A DNA stretch of 64,000 bases from Phaeosaccion multiseriatum (GCA_965112735.1 OZ218950.1:4278001-4342000); one strand, 5' to 3'; counted from the stretch's first letter, positions 12,733 through 27,385 are shown. Program-made: numbers and translations. The notes: generated from the sequence alone by a model not told the origin.

Positions 12733-15700
12733 CACACACCGACGGACACAGTGTGGTAGCTTCCGCCCGGAGGACCTGTCGCTCGGGGAAGCAGACACCG
12801 CTCTGTCGGCCCTACCCGCACCGCTGATGCGAAACGCAGGTAGGAGGCACATCTAGCCACCCATCCATTCATACATACATACACACATACATACATACAT
12901 ACATTCATCTATCCACCCACCCATCCATACATACATACATACATGCATACATACGTACATACATACATACGTACATACATACATACGTGCATACATACAT
13001 ACACACATGCAAACGACCATAATACTTCCTTTCCCTTCGTCGAAGCCGCTTGCCTCCTCTTGAGTGTTGACTGGTCCCAACACCTCCATTCCGCTGCACT
13101 CTGTTCTTGAGCCCCTGCCCCCCCTGCCGCCTCTCCCCCACTCTCGCTTTTCCCTCCCTCCCTTCCTTCCTTCCTCCCTCCCTCCCTCCCTCCCTCCCTC
13201 CCTCCCTCCCTCCCTCCCTCCCTCCCTCCCTCCCTCCCTTCTCCACAGGCATTTTCAGGGCGGCGTTGGCATTTGTGGACGCGTGGAGGAGCTTGTCATC
13301 GCGCAGGAGGAACCTTTTGTGGGGCGCGCCTGTTCGAGCCCCCCTGGAGAGGGCTCTGCTCAAGGCTGAGAGCGTCAACAAAGCGAACAAGGTGAGTGAG
13401 TGAGGCCAGGGGCGGAAGCGGAGGCGGAGGAGGAAGACGAAGAGGAGGAGGAGGGGGAGGAGTTGGAGGAGGAGGGGGAGGAGGAGGAGGAGGAGGAGGG
13501 GGAGGAGGAGGAGGAGGGAGAGGAGGAGGAGGGGGAGGGGGAGGGGGAGAAGGAGGAGGAGGAGGAAGGGGACCGAGGTCAGGAGTAGAGAGTGAGAGTA
13601 AAGGACGTCAGTCGAAGCAACCCCCTCTCTCAAACCTCTCTTTCTCTTCTTCCTTGCGAAAACCAACCAACACAAAAGCGCGTGCCCATGCTCGTTGTGT
13701 CTGTGATGTATGTACAGGAAAGAGCACTTGCCGAGCGGGCCAAGGCAGCAGAAGTGGGCCAGACAGACTCAGGTGAACCAGTCCGAGGCTTTCCTTTCAG
13801 TCTAGTTTACTTTCTTTGCTCGCTACTCACCTCATCCTCATCCTCCTTTGCTTGTTTGTGTCGAAATCTCACCCTGCTTCCTCCTCCTGTGCCGCCCCGC
13901 CCCTCCCTTCGTCCCAACCTCCCTCTTTGCTTCAACTCCATTCACCACGCTCACACCTCACTCTATCTAACACAATCCTTCATTCACTCCTTTCGCTCCG
14001 TAGAAGGCGCTGCCGCTGCCGCTGCCGGTAGTAGGAGAAGGATAACCCCGAGGGTTGAGCTCTTGGGCGCGAGGGGAGGGAGTAGGGTTCAGCAGAGAGC
14101 AAGCGCAGACCTCGGTGAGTCAGTCCCAATGACAGTTACACCGTAGTGTGTGGGTGTTTGAAAGTAGGTAGGTAGGTAGGTAGGTAGGTAGGTAGGTAGG
14201 TAGGTAGGTAGGTAGGTAGGTAGGTAGGTTGGTAGGTAGGAAGAAGAAGGAGTAGGGAGGTGGGTAGGTAGATTGGTAGGTGGGTAGGTTGGGAGGAGGG
14301 AGGGAGGTAGGCAGGTAGGCAGGTAGGGAGGTAGGGAGGTAGGCAGGTATGCGGTTGGGCAAGTGGATATGTAGATAGGTAGGTAGGTACGTAGGTACGT
14401 ACATATATGCAGCATGTCTGTGGCTTTTTCCGCACCACATCACACCCCCCTTTGTCTCTTGTCTCTCATCTCCTATCTGTGGTGGTGCAATGTCCCTGCC
14501 TCTGTCTTCCCTCTCTTGCCTCTCTCGCACACAAACACAGGCACAGCTGCACTAACACCAAAGCCTGCAGCAGCAGTCCCAACCCCATCCAATGCAAAAC
14601 TCACTGCACCGCCCACTATGCAGCCCACTATGCAGCCCACTAGGCAGCGTCTGGCAGCAGGCAGTGGAGGCAATGAAAGCAGTGGAGCCCACGGAGCCAA
14701 CGGAGCCAAAGGAGCCAAGGGAGCGGCCATTAACGTGTACGCAGCGCTTAGTGGTGGTGGTGGTGGCAGCAACCGCAGCAAGAGGCACAGTGGCGAGAAC
14801 AGTCGGCTTGTGACGCTTCGGGTCGGGCTATCGAGCAAGCGGACTCACCAGTATCGACAGATGCTCAGGCCTGCAGCCGCAGCCGTTGGTGATACAGCAG
14901 CTTCGGCGAAGGCGAAGGGGAAGGGGAAGGGGCACGCGCAGGAGCAGGGCAGCAAAGAGGGAAAGCAGAGCGTGGCAGTGGCATTGTGCTTGATGTGTGC
15001 CGCGCCGGCCAGCCATCAGGTGTGTGTGTGTCGTGTGTCTCCCCCCCTACTCCCCTCCCTCCCCCCACAGCAACCTCTGCCCCTCCCTCCCTCCCTCCCT
15101 CCCTCCCTTCCTTCCTTCCTTCCTTCCTTCCTTCCTTCCTTCCTTCTTTCCTTCCTTCCTTCCTTCCTTCCTTCCTTCCTTCCTTCCTTCCTTCCTTCCT
15201 TCCTTCCTTCCTTCCTTCCTTCTTTCCTTCCTTCCTTCCTTCCTTCCTTCCTTCCTTCCTTCCTTCCTTCCTTCTTTCCTTCCTCCCTTCCTTCCTTCCC
15301 TTCTTCCTTCCTCCCTTCCTTCCTTCCCTCCTTCCTCACTCCCTCCCTTTATGCCCTCCTCCCTCCCTCCCTCCCTTCCTTCCTTCCTTCCTTCCTCTGC
15401 ATCATCCTCAGGGTCGCCACCCCGAGGTGTTTCGCGACTTGTTCTGCAGTACCGCCTGCTCCATGGGATGGCAGGCCACGGGCAACCGGGGGGGCTTGAG
15501 GAAGCAAGCAGCGGACAGAGATGGAGGCAGGTTAGTCAGTCAGCACATGGTGCTAGGGAGTCCGTTAACTGATATCAGGCGACATGCCGCCCCGTTGACT
15601 TGGGCAACTCAATTGCTGTCTGACCAACAGATGGGCATGTAACGGAATTCTAAGACGACAAGGCAGGCAGACGGACAGGCAGGCAGGAAGGCTGGCAGGC

Positions 15701-17340
15701 AGGCAGGAAGGAAGGCTCTCGCATCTCAATGCTGCTTTCCGCTTTCATACATGTAGACAGATGCGCACCCACTTCCACACTGTCCGAGCCTTCTCTGCAC
15801 TTCACCTCTCTTCCCTTCCCTTCCCTTTCCTTCCCTTCCCTTTCCCTATCCTCTTTGTCTCACCGCTTCTCCCTCCCTCCCTCCCTCCCTCCTTCCTTCC
15901 TATTGTGAACGAAATTGCTTCACACTGAATGGGTATCACAAAAACTCTATTATATCACCCCTCTTTCTTTTGTTCATCAGGTGCGAGCTGTGCGGGAAGG
16001 AGACCCTCCACTTAGTCGCTGACTTACAGGCTCTGCCGGATTGGGAGTCCCGCAGGTGAGTGAGTGGGTGGGGGAGAGTATAACAGATAAGAGAGGCGGA
16101 TAGGCAGGCAGGCAGACACAGGCTGGCATCCCATGGCTCCATTCGGCTCTGGTCCGTCCACGCACCCACATACACACACACACACACACACACACGCAAA
16201 CGTACACACGCACACATACACATACACACATGTGCACACACGCACACGCGCGCGCGCAAACACACACACGCACACACATACAAACAGGGAGCGGCTTCGA
16301 CGAGACGACCCCCGCTGGGAGGACAAGCCTCAGCGAATGGAGCGGTGAGTCAGTCGACTCGCTTTAACAGGGCTTTAACACATAGGGACGTCCCTTTCCT
16401 TCCTTCCTTCCTTCCTTCCTTCCTTCCTTCCTTCCTTCCTTCCTTCCTTCCCCCCATCTCCGTCGTCGTGCTTTGTCGCTGCCCCAAAGAAGATGGGGAC
16501 CATGGCCGATGGCCGCGCTCGCCTCAATCTCTCGTCACCTCCGGTCGGTCCCTTTCGACCCCCCCCCAACACACACACACACACACTGTCCTCCATCCCC
16601 ACACTCAATTGATCTGTGCGCTACTTACTCACTCTTTTGCTTCCTTTCTCTTGATCATTGAAGACTGGTGGAGAACCCTGTCGCAGGCCGTGTGTGGGAG
16701 GCGGACCACATCAAGGGAGGTACGTGAATGAAGAGTTCTTTGAGTATGAAGCTATCTAGTAAGGAGCCACCTAATCAGGCCCTTCCCCCAAATGTATCGG
16801 TGCTAGAGGGAGAGTCTTGTCTTTTCATCGCGTTTTATGATTGACTCACGTCTTCCCTCTCCCTCCCTCTCACCTCCCACCCTCCCTCCCTCCCTCCCTC
16901 CCTCCCTCCCTCCCTCCCTCCCTCCCTCCCTCCCTCCCTCCCTCCCTCCCTCCCTCCCTCCCTCCCTCCCTCCCTCCCTCCCTCCCTCCGTCCCTCCTTC
17001 CCTCCTTCCCTCCTCCCTTGTGACAGTCTTCGAAGGGGGCGGCGAGTGCCTTGTGGACAACATTCGCACGCTGTGTGTACTGTGCCACAGCGAGGTGACG
17101 GCAGAACAGTGTCGGAGGAGGGCGGCAGAAGGACACAAACGGCCGCCGGAGGAGGAGGAGGAGGAGGAGGAGGAGGAGGAGGAGGGGGAGAAGCAACGGA
17201 AGAACAACAACAACAACAAGAAGAAGGAGGAGGAGGAGGGAATTGCCGCTTTTGGTGAGGATGTGCAGCACTACAGCAGCGGGGATGACGACATGGAGTT
17301 TGACCTGTCGGGGAATATGGAGAGGAGGAGCAGCAAGAGA

Positions 17341-17371
<31 letters not shown>

Positions 17372-17586
17372 GCAGCAGACACAGGGGGCGTCTGGGTGGG
17401 GCTGGTGGCAATAGCCAGGGCGTCAGTAGCGGCGAAGATGATGACGCGTTCGCCTTCTGCTTCAGTCGAGCTCCGGAAGGTGTCCAGGAAGGGAAGAAGG
17501 TCTCACTCCATGTAGGTGAAAGCTCCGACAGCTCCAGCAGCAGCAGCAGCAGCAACAACAGCAGTGACTCATCGGACTCCGACTAG
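3466..17586 (+). CDS. ZRANB3: ZRANB3/SMARCAL1-like SNF2 annealing helicase with C-terminal HNH endonuclease, many exons
   Basis: Spliced motifs: LRDTLLPFQ|[15 protein letters not shown]|GKTIQA (Walker A, 6064-6945), [20 protein letters not shown] and LLTGTP (7975-8177), [13 protein letters not shown] (~9435-9480), [22 protein letters not shown], and [11 protein letters not shown]|[24 protein letters not shown] (16690-17100). Long low-complexity insertions are present. Confidence 0.9.
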
Positions 17587-17868
17587 GTGTGAGCTCCAGC
17601 AGCAGCAGCAGCAGCAGCAACAGCAGATGGTGGTACAGCAGTCAGCTCATGGGCCTCGGGTGAACATATCCCTTTGAGAAGGAAGAAGTCTGAAGGAAGA
17701 GAGCAGAGCCAGCATGCCATTTGCATATCATTTATTCATTTGCCCCGTACAGATTGTTTCTTTGCCCCCGCTACTGCGTAGTAACTACCATTGTAAAAAA
17801 AAAATTGACTTGCAACAGGTAGTAGGAGTCGAACGCTCCTTCCTCATTGCCGTATAAAAAGAGACCCC

Positions 17869-17906
<38 letters not shown>

Positions 17907-17917
17907 GTCACCTCCCT

Positions 17918-20900
17918 CTACTCCCCCCCCGCCTCGTCTTGAGCCGGTGCTGCTACTTCTCCTGCTGCTGTTGCCACTGCCGCTTCCTCTGCGAGCACAG
18001 CAGCTCTGGCAGCAGCAACATCAGCAGCAGTTTCCAGCACAATATCATCCGCTTTCGCAGCAGCTTTCGCAGCGGCTTCAGCAGCAAGCTCCTCCGCTGC
18101 TTGTGCCGCCGCTACCGGGTCCATGAAGTGTGTCAATTCCGCCTCCTCAATGTCATTCTCCAATTGCCTCATCTCCTTGGCCAGCCCTAGGCTCAGAGGT
18201 GTAACCGACGCAATCAAACCCTCTTGGAAGCCCATGCGCACTCCCTCCAAGGCGAGACCAAGCTTGATGCTCAAGGGTGCTTCCAACCATAACAACACCC
18301 CAAACTTGAAGCGACGTGACCAGCTCTGGTGAAGCTCGTTGAAGGGCAGGTTAGGGTAGCCGGCGAGGAACCCTGCCCAGTACGGCAGAGGGATCTGTTG
18401 AGGGGTGGACAGACAGACAGATAGACAGACAGACAGACAGCGAGGGATGGGTGGGTGGGGTGAGGAGGCGAGGAGAGAAAGGACGGACCCACAGAGAGAG
18501 AGAGGGGGGGGGGGGGGATGGTGGAGGGCATGGAGGACGGGTGGGGAGGAGGGGTGGGGAGGAGGAGGGGGGGGGAGGAGGAGGCGGAGGAGGATCTTTG
18601 TCAACCCATCCACCCATCCATTCATATCTGATATATCCATGGACCACACCTCCACACCAATCAATCAACCACGTGCCTCACCTTAAAGAAGGCCGAAAAG
18701 AAGCCCCGAAGTTCCGACACGGGCTGCTTCATCAAAAACTCCCCCCCAAATATGTGGAACATTTGCTGCAGCAGCGCCTCCTGCGGCCACAGCCGAGCAT
18801 ACGCCTTCCTCGCGGCCAGCGTCGGCTCCACAGGAACCCCACTCTCTCGGGACAGTTCAAAGGACCTTCCGATGGCGTCTGAGACGGGCTTGGCGGCCGC
18901 CAGTTGCCTTTTTTGTATTGTATAGGTTTGGGGCGGGTGAGGTTGAGCTGGTGTTGGGGGCGAGGTGGACTCTCCGCGAGGGAGGCAGAGAAGAGCAAGC
19001 ATGATTGGGTCCCCCCCCCCCCTCCTGCCCCCAAGTCTGCTCACCTGACCATCATGTAGCCCGTGGCGGCGTGGACGAGCCCCGCTGCGCTTCCGAAGGC
19101 GACAACACGCTGCGCCAGCCACACCCACAAACACACATAGACGCACGGGAGGGGGCAACGCGTGAGGTTTACGAGGAGGCAAACACGACGAAGCGACAGA
19201 GGCCAGACAGGACCTTGAGCACAGGGTTGGGGGCAGGGGCTACCTATCCATCGGGCTACCTATCCATCGGGCTACCTATCCATCGGGCTACCTATCCATC
19301 GGGCTACCTATCCATCGGGCTACCTATCCATCGGGCTACCTATCCATCGGGCTACCTATCCATCGGGCTACCTATCCATCGGGCTACCTATCCATCGGGC
19401 TACCTATCCATCGGGCTACCTATCCATCGGGCTACCTATCCATCGAGGGGTGGGGGCAGGGGCTACCTATCCATCGCGCGACACTTCTTTGGCCGGCGAG
19501 CCACGGCACAGCTCTCGAGCAGGTCAAGCAGGTCAAGCAGGTCAAGCAGATCAAGCAGGTCAAGCAGATCAAGCAGGTCAAGCAGGTCAAGCAGGTCAAG
19601 CAGGTCAAGGCAAGGAGGCCACTCGCCGCACACACGCACGAACGCTCGCATGCACGCCCGCACACACGCGCACGCGCCTAGGCCTTCCCAGGGTTGTGGG
19701 CTGCCTTTACGAAGCAAAGCCACGGACTCACGGTTGCTACTGCTGTATTACCAACTGTTGCTGCTCTACCACTACCACCCTCCTCCTCTCCCCTCTCACT
19801 CACCTGATCGAACTTGGGCAGGCTGCCCCCCATGGGTATCCGACAGAACTCCTCCCCCTCCACATTGGTCACCTTAATGCCATGATGGGCCAGGCGCAAG
19901 TACATGCGCTCCTTTAGCACGTCAAAGGACATGGCAGGCCGGGCCACGAGACTCGTCTCTTCAAAGAAGATGCGCTGCTTGCCGTTTCGCGCCTGAGGCG
20001 GGTGGGGGTGAAAGGTGGGTGGGTAAGTGTAGGGAGGACAATCATATACGCAGACAGATTTATCTCCGTAGGTACACGACAGAGGCTGGCTCCCCTCCCT
20101 CCATCCATCCATCCATCCCTCCGTTCGCTGCTGGTCTGGCCCTGGGTCATGTATGCCACACGCACGCACACACACACGCACGCACACGTACGCCCCGCCC
20201 CCCCCCCCCCACCACCACCACTACCCCCATCCTCACCCACCCACCCATTCATCCACACACACACAGACAGACAAGACGCCTTCCCTCACCTTTCCCAGGG
20301 GCATGGCATACATGAAGGAGGGCTCCTTCTCCAGATCATCCCCCGGCAGCTCCCCCTCCTTCTTGTAGTTGGTGCGGTAGTCCATAAAGAGCATCGCCTT
20401 GGGATCGTAGGGCTCGTAGCCGTCCTCCACCTCGCACTCAATGCCGTAGGCGATCTGGAAACCGGGGTTGTGCTCCCCCTGTATGTGTGTGTGCGTGTGT
20501 GTGTGTGTGTGTGTGCACGTGCACCACAAGAGCAACCAAAGAAAGTGGGAGAAGGATAAGTCGTAAGAAATGGAACTCCGCTTTCTGTATTCCCCTTCCT
20601 CCCTCCCATCCTGTCCTCGCCCCGGTTCCCCCCTCTGCGTCCATATGCCTCTCGCCTAGTCGCTCTCCCTCTCCCCGCCTACGCTACCTGACGTTCGATG
20701 AGTTTGGAGTAGTGGCCAGAGGCGTCCACCAACATTGTCGCAGAGATGTTCGGCCCTGCCCCCTCAGCCTTCTCCTTGCTCTTGCTCTTGCCCTTGCCCT
20801 TGCCCTTGCTCTTTGGAGCCTTGGAGGACAAAGAGGAAGAGGAAGAAGAAGAAGAAGAAGAAGAAGAAGATTTTAGAGACGACGGAGGTACCCCTCCCTT

Positions 20901-21803
20901 GGCCGGTACAACGACGCTCCCCTCCAGCTCCATGAGAGAGAGGTTGGTTCCAGTGGCGTGGTGCTGCACGCTGTCGGTGTCCACGGCCAGCTTGATTTGC
21001 GCCACCCCGGCCTTGGCGAGGCGTGAGGTGAGCGTCTTGCGGAGGGCGTCGCGGCTGACTCGGGCGTACGGTCGCTGGAGCCGGAGTCGTTCGTCGTCCG
21101 GCACCTGATGGCTTCCCCCGTAGAAGCAGTCCGTCATCTCCCACCGCCGGTCGAGGCACTTGTCCAAGCCCAGGTCCAACTGTTCCTCCAGCTCCTCCCA
21201 TTCCTCTACCCATACACCGTAGTTGGGTACCCACGGAGTTTCTAGGTTGGGGTCAATGACACACACGTCGAGGTCGTATCTCTCTGCCAGGAGGGCCGCC
21301 ATGGTGCAGCCTGCAGGCCCTGCACCGACCACGGCCACATCGAAGTGCTCGCCGTCCCACCCGGTCTTGGAGGGTTTGGAATTGCGCTTCTTCCTTCCAC
21401 CTCCACCACCGCTGCCACCACCACCCACACTACTCTTGTCGCCGCCAAAGAGCTTTTGCAGACCTGCCACCTGTTGTTTCCACTGAGATTGCCATGCCAT
21501 TGTAGTCGAGGGGGGGGAGGAGGTGGTGGAGGAGGGAGTAGCGGTGGTGGCGGCGGTGCTTGCAGATGAGCCCACTCGGTGGGACTGCTGCCGGAGTCTG
21601 CGAGAAGTCTTGCTGACGGCCTCCCTAAACAAGCCACTCCTGCTGCTGCCGCTGCTGCTCCTGCTGCTGCTGCTGCTCTCACCATGCTGAGGCCTGACTA
21701 AAGTCGCGGAAGGTGTCCAGCAAAGTGTGGAGGGGCATGGGCAGAGGACTGCGGAGAGCAGTGCTCCCGCTGTCACCCCGACCGAGGTCTTGCCACGCTT
21801 CAT
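17918..21803 (-). CDS. LCYB: Lycopene beta-cyclase, plastid-targeted, 6 exons
   Basis: Exons 21803-20688, 20478-20290, 19992-19804, 19109-19045, 18907-18682 and 18394-17918. Motifs: DVAVVGAGPAG (FAD binding), WVPNYGVW, QIAYGIECEV, MLFMDYR, FMYAMP, FFEETSLVARP, CRIPMGG, GLVHAATGY. The N-terminus is a signal peptide followed by W-T-P (ASAFAP-like). Confidence 0.93.
19238..19475. repeat. Intronic 16-bp minisatellite (GGGCTACCTATCCATC)n, followed by a 9-bp (AGCAGGTCA)n array at ~19517-19610
   Basis: About 13 tandem copies are directly visible in LCYB intron 3. Confidence 0.9.
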
Positions 21804-22867
21804 CGGCTACCCGAGGAGCTGCTGGTGCTGGTGCCACTCCAGCCTTGAAGGGCGCACCAATGCACACGATAGCCTTGCCACCTCCTGCGTCTCCGGTCTG
21901 TGAGGGCGGAGTCTTGACTAAAGTCGTGCGACGTAACGTGCTGGGGTGCGGAAAGATGGGAGATACCCGCTCCCACGCGTAGCGTGTAGCGAAGTTCGGG
22001 ACGACCCAGGGCAGCTGAGTCGTACAAGCAGCAGCAGTGGCGTCGAGCACTACAACAGGAGCGAGGGGAAGAGGGAGAAGATTTTTGTGGGTGCATGCAC
22101 CAGGCGTATGCAATTGGGCTGGCCCACACCTATGCAATGCACTTCCTCATCTTTTTCCCTTCTCAGCGTGTGCCACAGCAGAAAAGACAAGATCACAAAG
22201 GAGTTGTACCGGGGGGAAAGAGGGGGCCACATAAGAGAGGCAGGCACTCGCGTGCAACTGGAAATCTCGCGAGGTAAGCCAGCCACACGAGGGAAGAGAC
22301 AAAATCAAAGCCCGGACTACTGTGTCATTGTGGGGATCAGCCATAAGAGCGCATAGTCTTCGCCTTCCCCCGGCGTTTGCTCCGGCCGAGAGGAGACACG
22401 GGCTGCATAGACGTGTCGGCTCGCGGCTCACCATCTCCGGCTTGCCACCCTGTGGATGATCAATCAATTCGCCCGCCAAGCCTCCCATCCTCCCGTCTTA
22501 ATGTCCCCCCAGGCCCCCTTCAGTCTGCAATGGCTCTTACGCCGCACCATAACACCCCCGCCCATCACCAACGCCCACACAAATCCAACCCTCTCCAGGA
22601 CCGATGCGGCGGGCCCGGCCTGAGCGGCTTCGGCAGCAACCCTCGGGCAGGGCGTGTCGATGTCTCCGTCCTGCGCCTCCCGCTTCATTGGCAGTAGCTG
22701 CGGCAGGAGCAGCACAAGCAGCGCAGCCCGCAGCCGGGAAATCCACAGGAGCAGCAGCAGGCGGAGGCGGGAGTGGCGGGAGTGTGGGTGCTGGGGGGAG
22801 TGGGAAGATGTCCGTGGTGCTGGCGGTGTTCTGCGCCCTCAGTGGAGTGGGGCGGGGGGCCCACGCC

Positions 22868-25800
22868 ATGAGAATGGGGCTCCTCAAGGTGGGCACGCCG
22901 CTCAAGTGGACACAGTCACTGTCCAAGCTGAATCACGTTCGGTGAGTGAGTATGATATGGTATGGGCCAGACGTGGCTTCATCTGAGGCTACGGTGCTGA
23001 TGAACGCGAGGAGGAGGAGGAGGAGGAGGAGGGCAAGGAATGGGTCTCGGTTCTCTGCGCATCCTGATCATTGGCTCTCTCGCCGCCCTTCCATGCTCCC
23101 TCCCTCCCTCCCTCCCTCCCTCCCTCACTCCCTCCCTCCCTCCCTCCCTCCCTCCCTCCCTCCCTCCCCCCCTCCCCCCCTCCCTCCTTCCTTCCCGTCC
23201 CTCCCCATCAGTACGAGCGGCGTGAACCAGTTTATTAGCACGTACTCCAAGGTGAAAGATATCCAGAACGACGAGCTAAAATGGGGCGACGAGCTCGAGT
23301 ATGCCATCGTCAAGGTCGACCACACCAACAGGAGGGCTCGCATTAGCAACACCGCGGCCGAAGTTAGACAGGTGAGCCGGGGGAAGGGGGGGGGGGAGAA
23401 GGAAGGCAAGAGAGAAAGAGGGGGGGGGGAGCAGGAGCAGGAAGAGCAAGTGAGAAGGAGAGCTCATGAGCCAGCCCCGCCCGCACAACGCGTTGTCCTG
23501 TCCTCCTGTTGTCCTGTCCTCCTGTTGTCCTTCCTCCTGTTGTCCTGTCCTCATGTTGTCGGCTTTCTCGACACTCATGGCGCCGCTCTCTTCCCGTCTC
23601 TTGTCGAATAACCTCTCTTTTCTCTCCTCTCCCTCTCCCCCCGCCCCCCCTTATCTCTCCATCGATTCACACAGACCTTGCTGGACAAGGAGCAGGAGCA
23701 CAGCTACCGCGAGGACGGCTGTGTGTGGCACCCCGAGTACGGCGCGTGGATGCTCGAGGGCACCCCTGCACGGCCCTACCGAGGCTTCACTGCGGACTTG
23801 TCCACCGTGGAGAGGAACATGCGTCTCAGGAGGAGGCGCTTATTGGCGGTGCTCGGGTGAGTGAGATTGAGGATTGAGGGCGAGAGAAGTTTCTTTGCTT
23901 TGCTCTGTGTTTCCCTCCTGTCCTTTCTGGTCTCTTGTAGCCGCCAGCAACCACCGCTTCTGTCCGTCCGCTCTCCCTTAACTCCTTCTCCATGTGCCTT
24001 ATTGACTTACCAAGAGCATGGTGCTGTGTTCTCTCTCTCTCTCTCTCCTACTCTGCACAATACATCGGTTGTGTAAACGCCCTTTTGCGCCCATTCTGTG
24101 TTGCACAACACAGGGACAACGAGGTGGTTCCAACCATGACCAACTTCCCTCTCATGGGTGTGGGCGACGACTTCTTTGTCAAGCATGTCAAGCAGGATGA
24201 TGATGATGATGATGATAATGTTGAAGCACAAGGCAGCTCGATGGATCAGATCCCAGGCCCTGTGGCGCAGTCTGCCTACTTGCCGGACTCGGTCATCAAC
24301 CCTCACCCGCGCTTTGCCGCCCTCACTGCAAATATTCGGGAGAGGAAGGGAAGCAAGGTGGACATTCGGGTACCTCTGTATAGGGACCTTCTCACCCCGG
24401 AGTTCTTAGGGAGGGAGCAGGAGAAGGGTAGCAAGGAGCAGGGCAAGGAGGAGGCCGAGGGAAGGAGTGGGGGGGATGCTCTTCAGACAGCGGCGGAGAA
24501 GGAGAAGGAGCAGGAGGAAGGGGTGGAGAAGCCGTACATCCACATGGATGCAATGGCGTTTGGTATGGGCTGCTGCTGTCTGCAGCTCACTTTCCAGGCA
24601 AAGGATATGGGAGAGTCACGCTACATGTGAGTGGAGGTGGAGGGTGGGGAGGGAGATTGAGGTTGGAGGTTGGGGTGGAGGTATGTAGGTGGGCAAGCGG
24701 TGGGCAAGCGAGGGCAAGGGATGAGCTTGCTTGCTTGTTGAGCCTCGTACTGAAGGACGGACGGAAGGAAGGAAGGAAGGAAGGAAGGCACATGCGTGCA
24801 TCATGCCACCGTAGACAGTCTTGGATAGACTGACTGAGTGGAGGCGCTTTTGATGAGACTGGTCAGGCCTGAACCGTCCATTCCATCACACCCCCTTTTG
24901 ACTCGGGTTGTCGACAGTCAGCCAACGCACGCTGCACTTGCTGCACCAAAGGAGCGCCCGACCCGACCATTCTGATGCTCGTCTGTCCGAATGCCTGCCT
25001 GCGCGTACGTCTGCCTGCCTGCCACATGCCCGCCTGCTTGCCCATATGCCTGCCTGCCTGCCTGTCCTCTCGCTTGGTAGGTACGACCAGCTTGCTGTGC
25101 TCAGTCCTATCATGCTTGCCCTCAGCGCAGCTTCGCCCATCTTCAAGGGGAGACTCGCAGACACAGGTGCGTGTGTGTGTGCGCGCGTGCATGGGATGCC
25201 CTGCCCCTGCCTTCCTAAAGGTCACATCCTCCTCCTCTCTACCATGCACCCCTGGTTGCCCGCTTGCTCGTGCCCTCCCTCCTCTCTCTCTTACCTTTCC
25301 TCTGCTCTGCTCTCCTCGCCTCCCCTCTCCCCCCTCCCCCTCCCCCTCACCCACCCTCGCTGCCCCCCACTCACCACTCACAGATGCCAGGTGGAATGTA
25401 ATCTCAGCCTCCGTGGACGACCGCACCCCGGGTGAGATGGAGAAGGCCTCGGGAGGACCCATGACAGAGGTGCAGAAGGCGGGCTTTAACAAGCACATGG
25501 CGGGAGGGGGGGTGACTCCTCAGATCAAGAGCCGTTACGCCAGCATCAGCACTTTCATTTACAAGTGCAAGGGGGGTATGGATCAAGAGAGGGTGTTGGG
25601 CAAGTACAACGACATTAGCTGCCCCGTGGACAAGAGCAGCTTTGACCGCCTCTTGGCCGGGGGGGTGGACCGTCCTCTTGCCAAGCACATCGCCCATCTC
25701 TTTACCAGAGACCCGCTGGTCATCTTCGAGGGAAGCATCGAGGAGCTGGGTGAGTGAGGGAGGGAGTGACAGAGGAAGTGAGAGAGTGAGAGTGAGGCAG

Positions 25801-26123
25801 TGGTGTGCTTGCAGCCATGTGTTCAGCAAACACAAAGCAGAATCTGATTATACCATGCCCTAATGCCCCCCCCCCTTACCCCCTTTTATCCTCCAGACGA
25901 CGAGAAGGATGTGGAGCACTTTGAGAACTTGCAAAGCACCAACTGGCAAACCGTGCGGTGGAAGCCTCCCCCCCCCAGGCTTGGGCCCAACGACCCACAC
26001 ATCGGATGGAGGACGGAGTTTAGGCCCATGGAGATTCAGGTGCGGTATGGTGATGGAGGAATGTAGGTATAAGGTGCCGTACACGGACAGCCGCAGCTTC
26101 TCTCTTGTTTCTCTCTCTCTATC

Positions 26124-26159
<36 letters not shown>

Positions 26160-26641
26160 TGCGTGTCTTTCCCTGTCTCTGACTGTTGACATGTCCACCC
26201 ACACACCCGCACCTACACCCACACACCCACGCCTTAATAAACCCACCCACACTCACTCACACTCACCACTCACATTCACCCTCAACGCCCCCACCCCCAA
26301 CGCCAACCCCACACCCACACCCCCCAAACACACCCGCCCCCCCCAAACACACCCACACGCAGCTCACGGACTTCGAGAACGCAGCCTACACGGTGTTTAT
26401 AGTGCTTGTGACTCGCGTGATCCTGGCCTTTGACCTCAACCTGTACATACCGCTGAGTAAGGTGGATGAGAACATGGAGACGGCACACGGACGCGATGCA
26501 TACAAGAAGGCAAGGTTTTGGTGGCGGAGGAACGTCGACCCTCCAGAGGCGCCCTCAGCTTGCGATGACGATGAGGACCGTGGCACGACGGAGGGAGGGA
26601 GTGGAGGAGGAGGAGCAGTGGCTGCTGCGCAAGAGAAGGGC

Positions 26642-26698
<57 letters not shown>

Positions 26699-27339
26699 CA
26701 GAAGGGGAAGCAGAAGAGGACGACGGAGGCTTGGGATGATGACTACAACCCTTGCATCGAAGACGGGAAGGATGAGCTCACGCAAATGACATGTCTCGAG
26801 ATTTTGATGGGCGACGGCAGCGATTTCCCGGGCCTCATCCCGCTGGTGGGGGGCTATCTCGAGTACATTAATGCAGACGCGGCCACCAAGGAGCGCGTAC
26901 ACAAGTACATGGAGCACATTCGCAAGCGGGCAGCAGGGGAGGTGCTCTCCGCCGCCGGATGGATGCGCAACTTTGTCACCTCCCACCCGGAGTACGGGCA
27001 AGACTCGGTGGTGACAGAGGGCATTGCGTACGACCTGGTGATGGCTTGCAAGGAGGTGGGGGAGGGGAAGAGGGCCTGCCCAGAGCTGCTCGCCAGGCAG
27101 GTGGTGCGGCCTGTGGAGGCCGAGGGGGCTTTCGATGTTCGGCTAGGCTCCGAGAAGATCAGCCCAAAGGGAGGGCTGGACAGTCGCCAGAAGCTTGTGC
27201 GCCGCTACATTGAGCGGGCGGTGGAGAGGAAGGACAAGGGACTGGAGCCGTTTGGAGGGGCGAGTAGAAAAGCCAGAGGGGAAGGGGCGTTTGGAGGGTC
27301 CAGTAGCGGCTCTTCCGCCGCGCGCCGGGATAGGAACAG

Positions 27340-27385
<46 letters not shown>

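Noticed and set aside
14986-15642. PSFL-repeat ORFs, and similar poly-L, poly-C, poly-G and poly-P ORFs throughout the window
   Set aside because: They arise from intronic (CCTT)n, (CCCT)n, (GTT)n and (GAG)n microsatellites or from alternative frames of low-complexity exons.
17811-17875. tRNA-like GTTCGACTCC on the minus strand
   Set aside because: The T-loop is out of register and no acceptor, D or anticodon arms can be formed.
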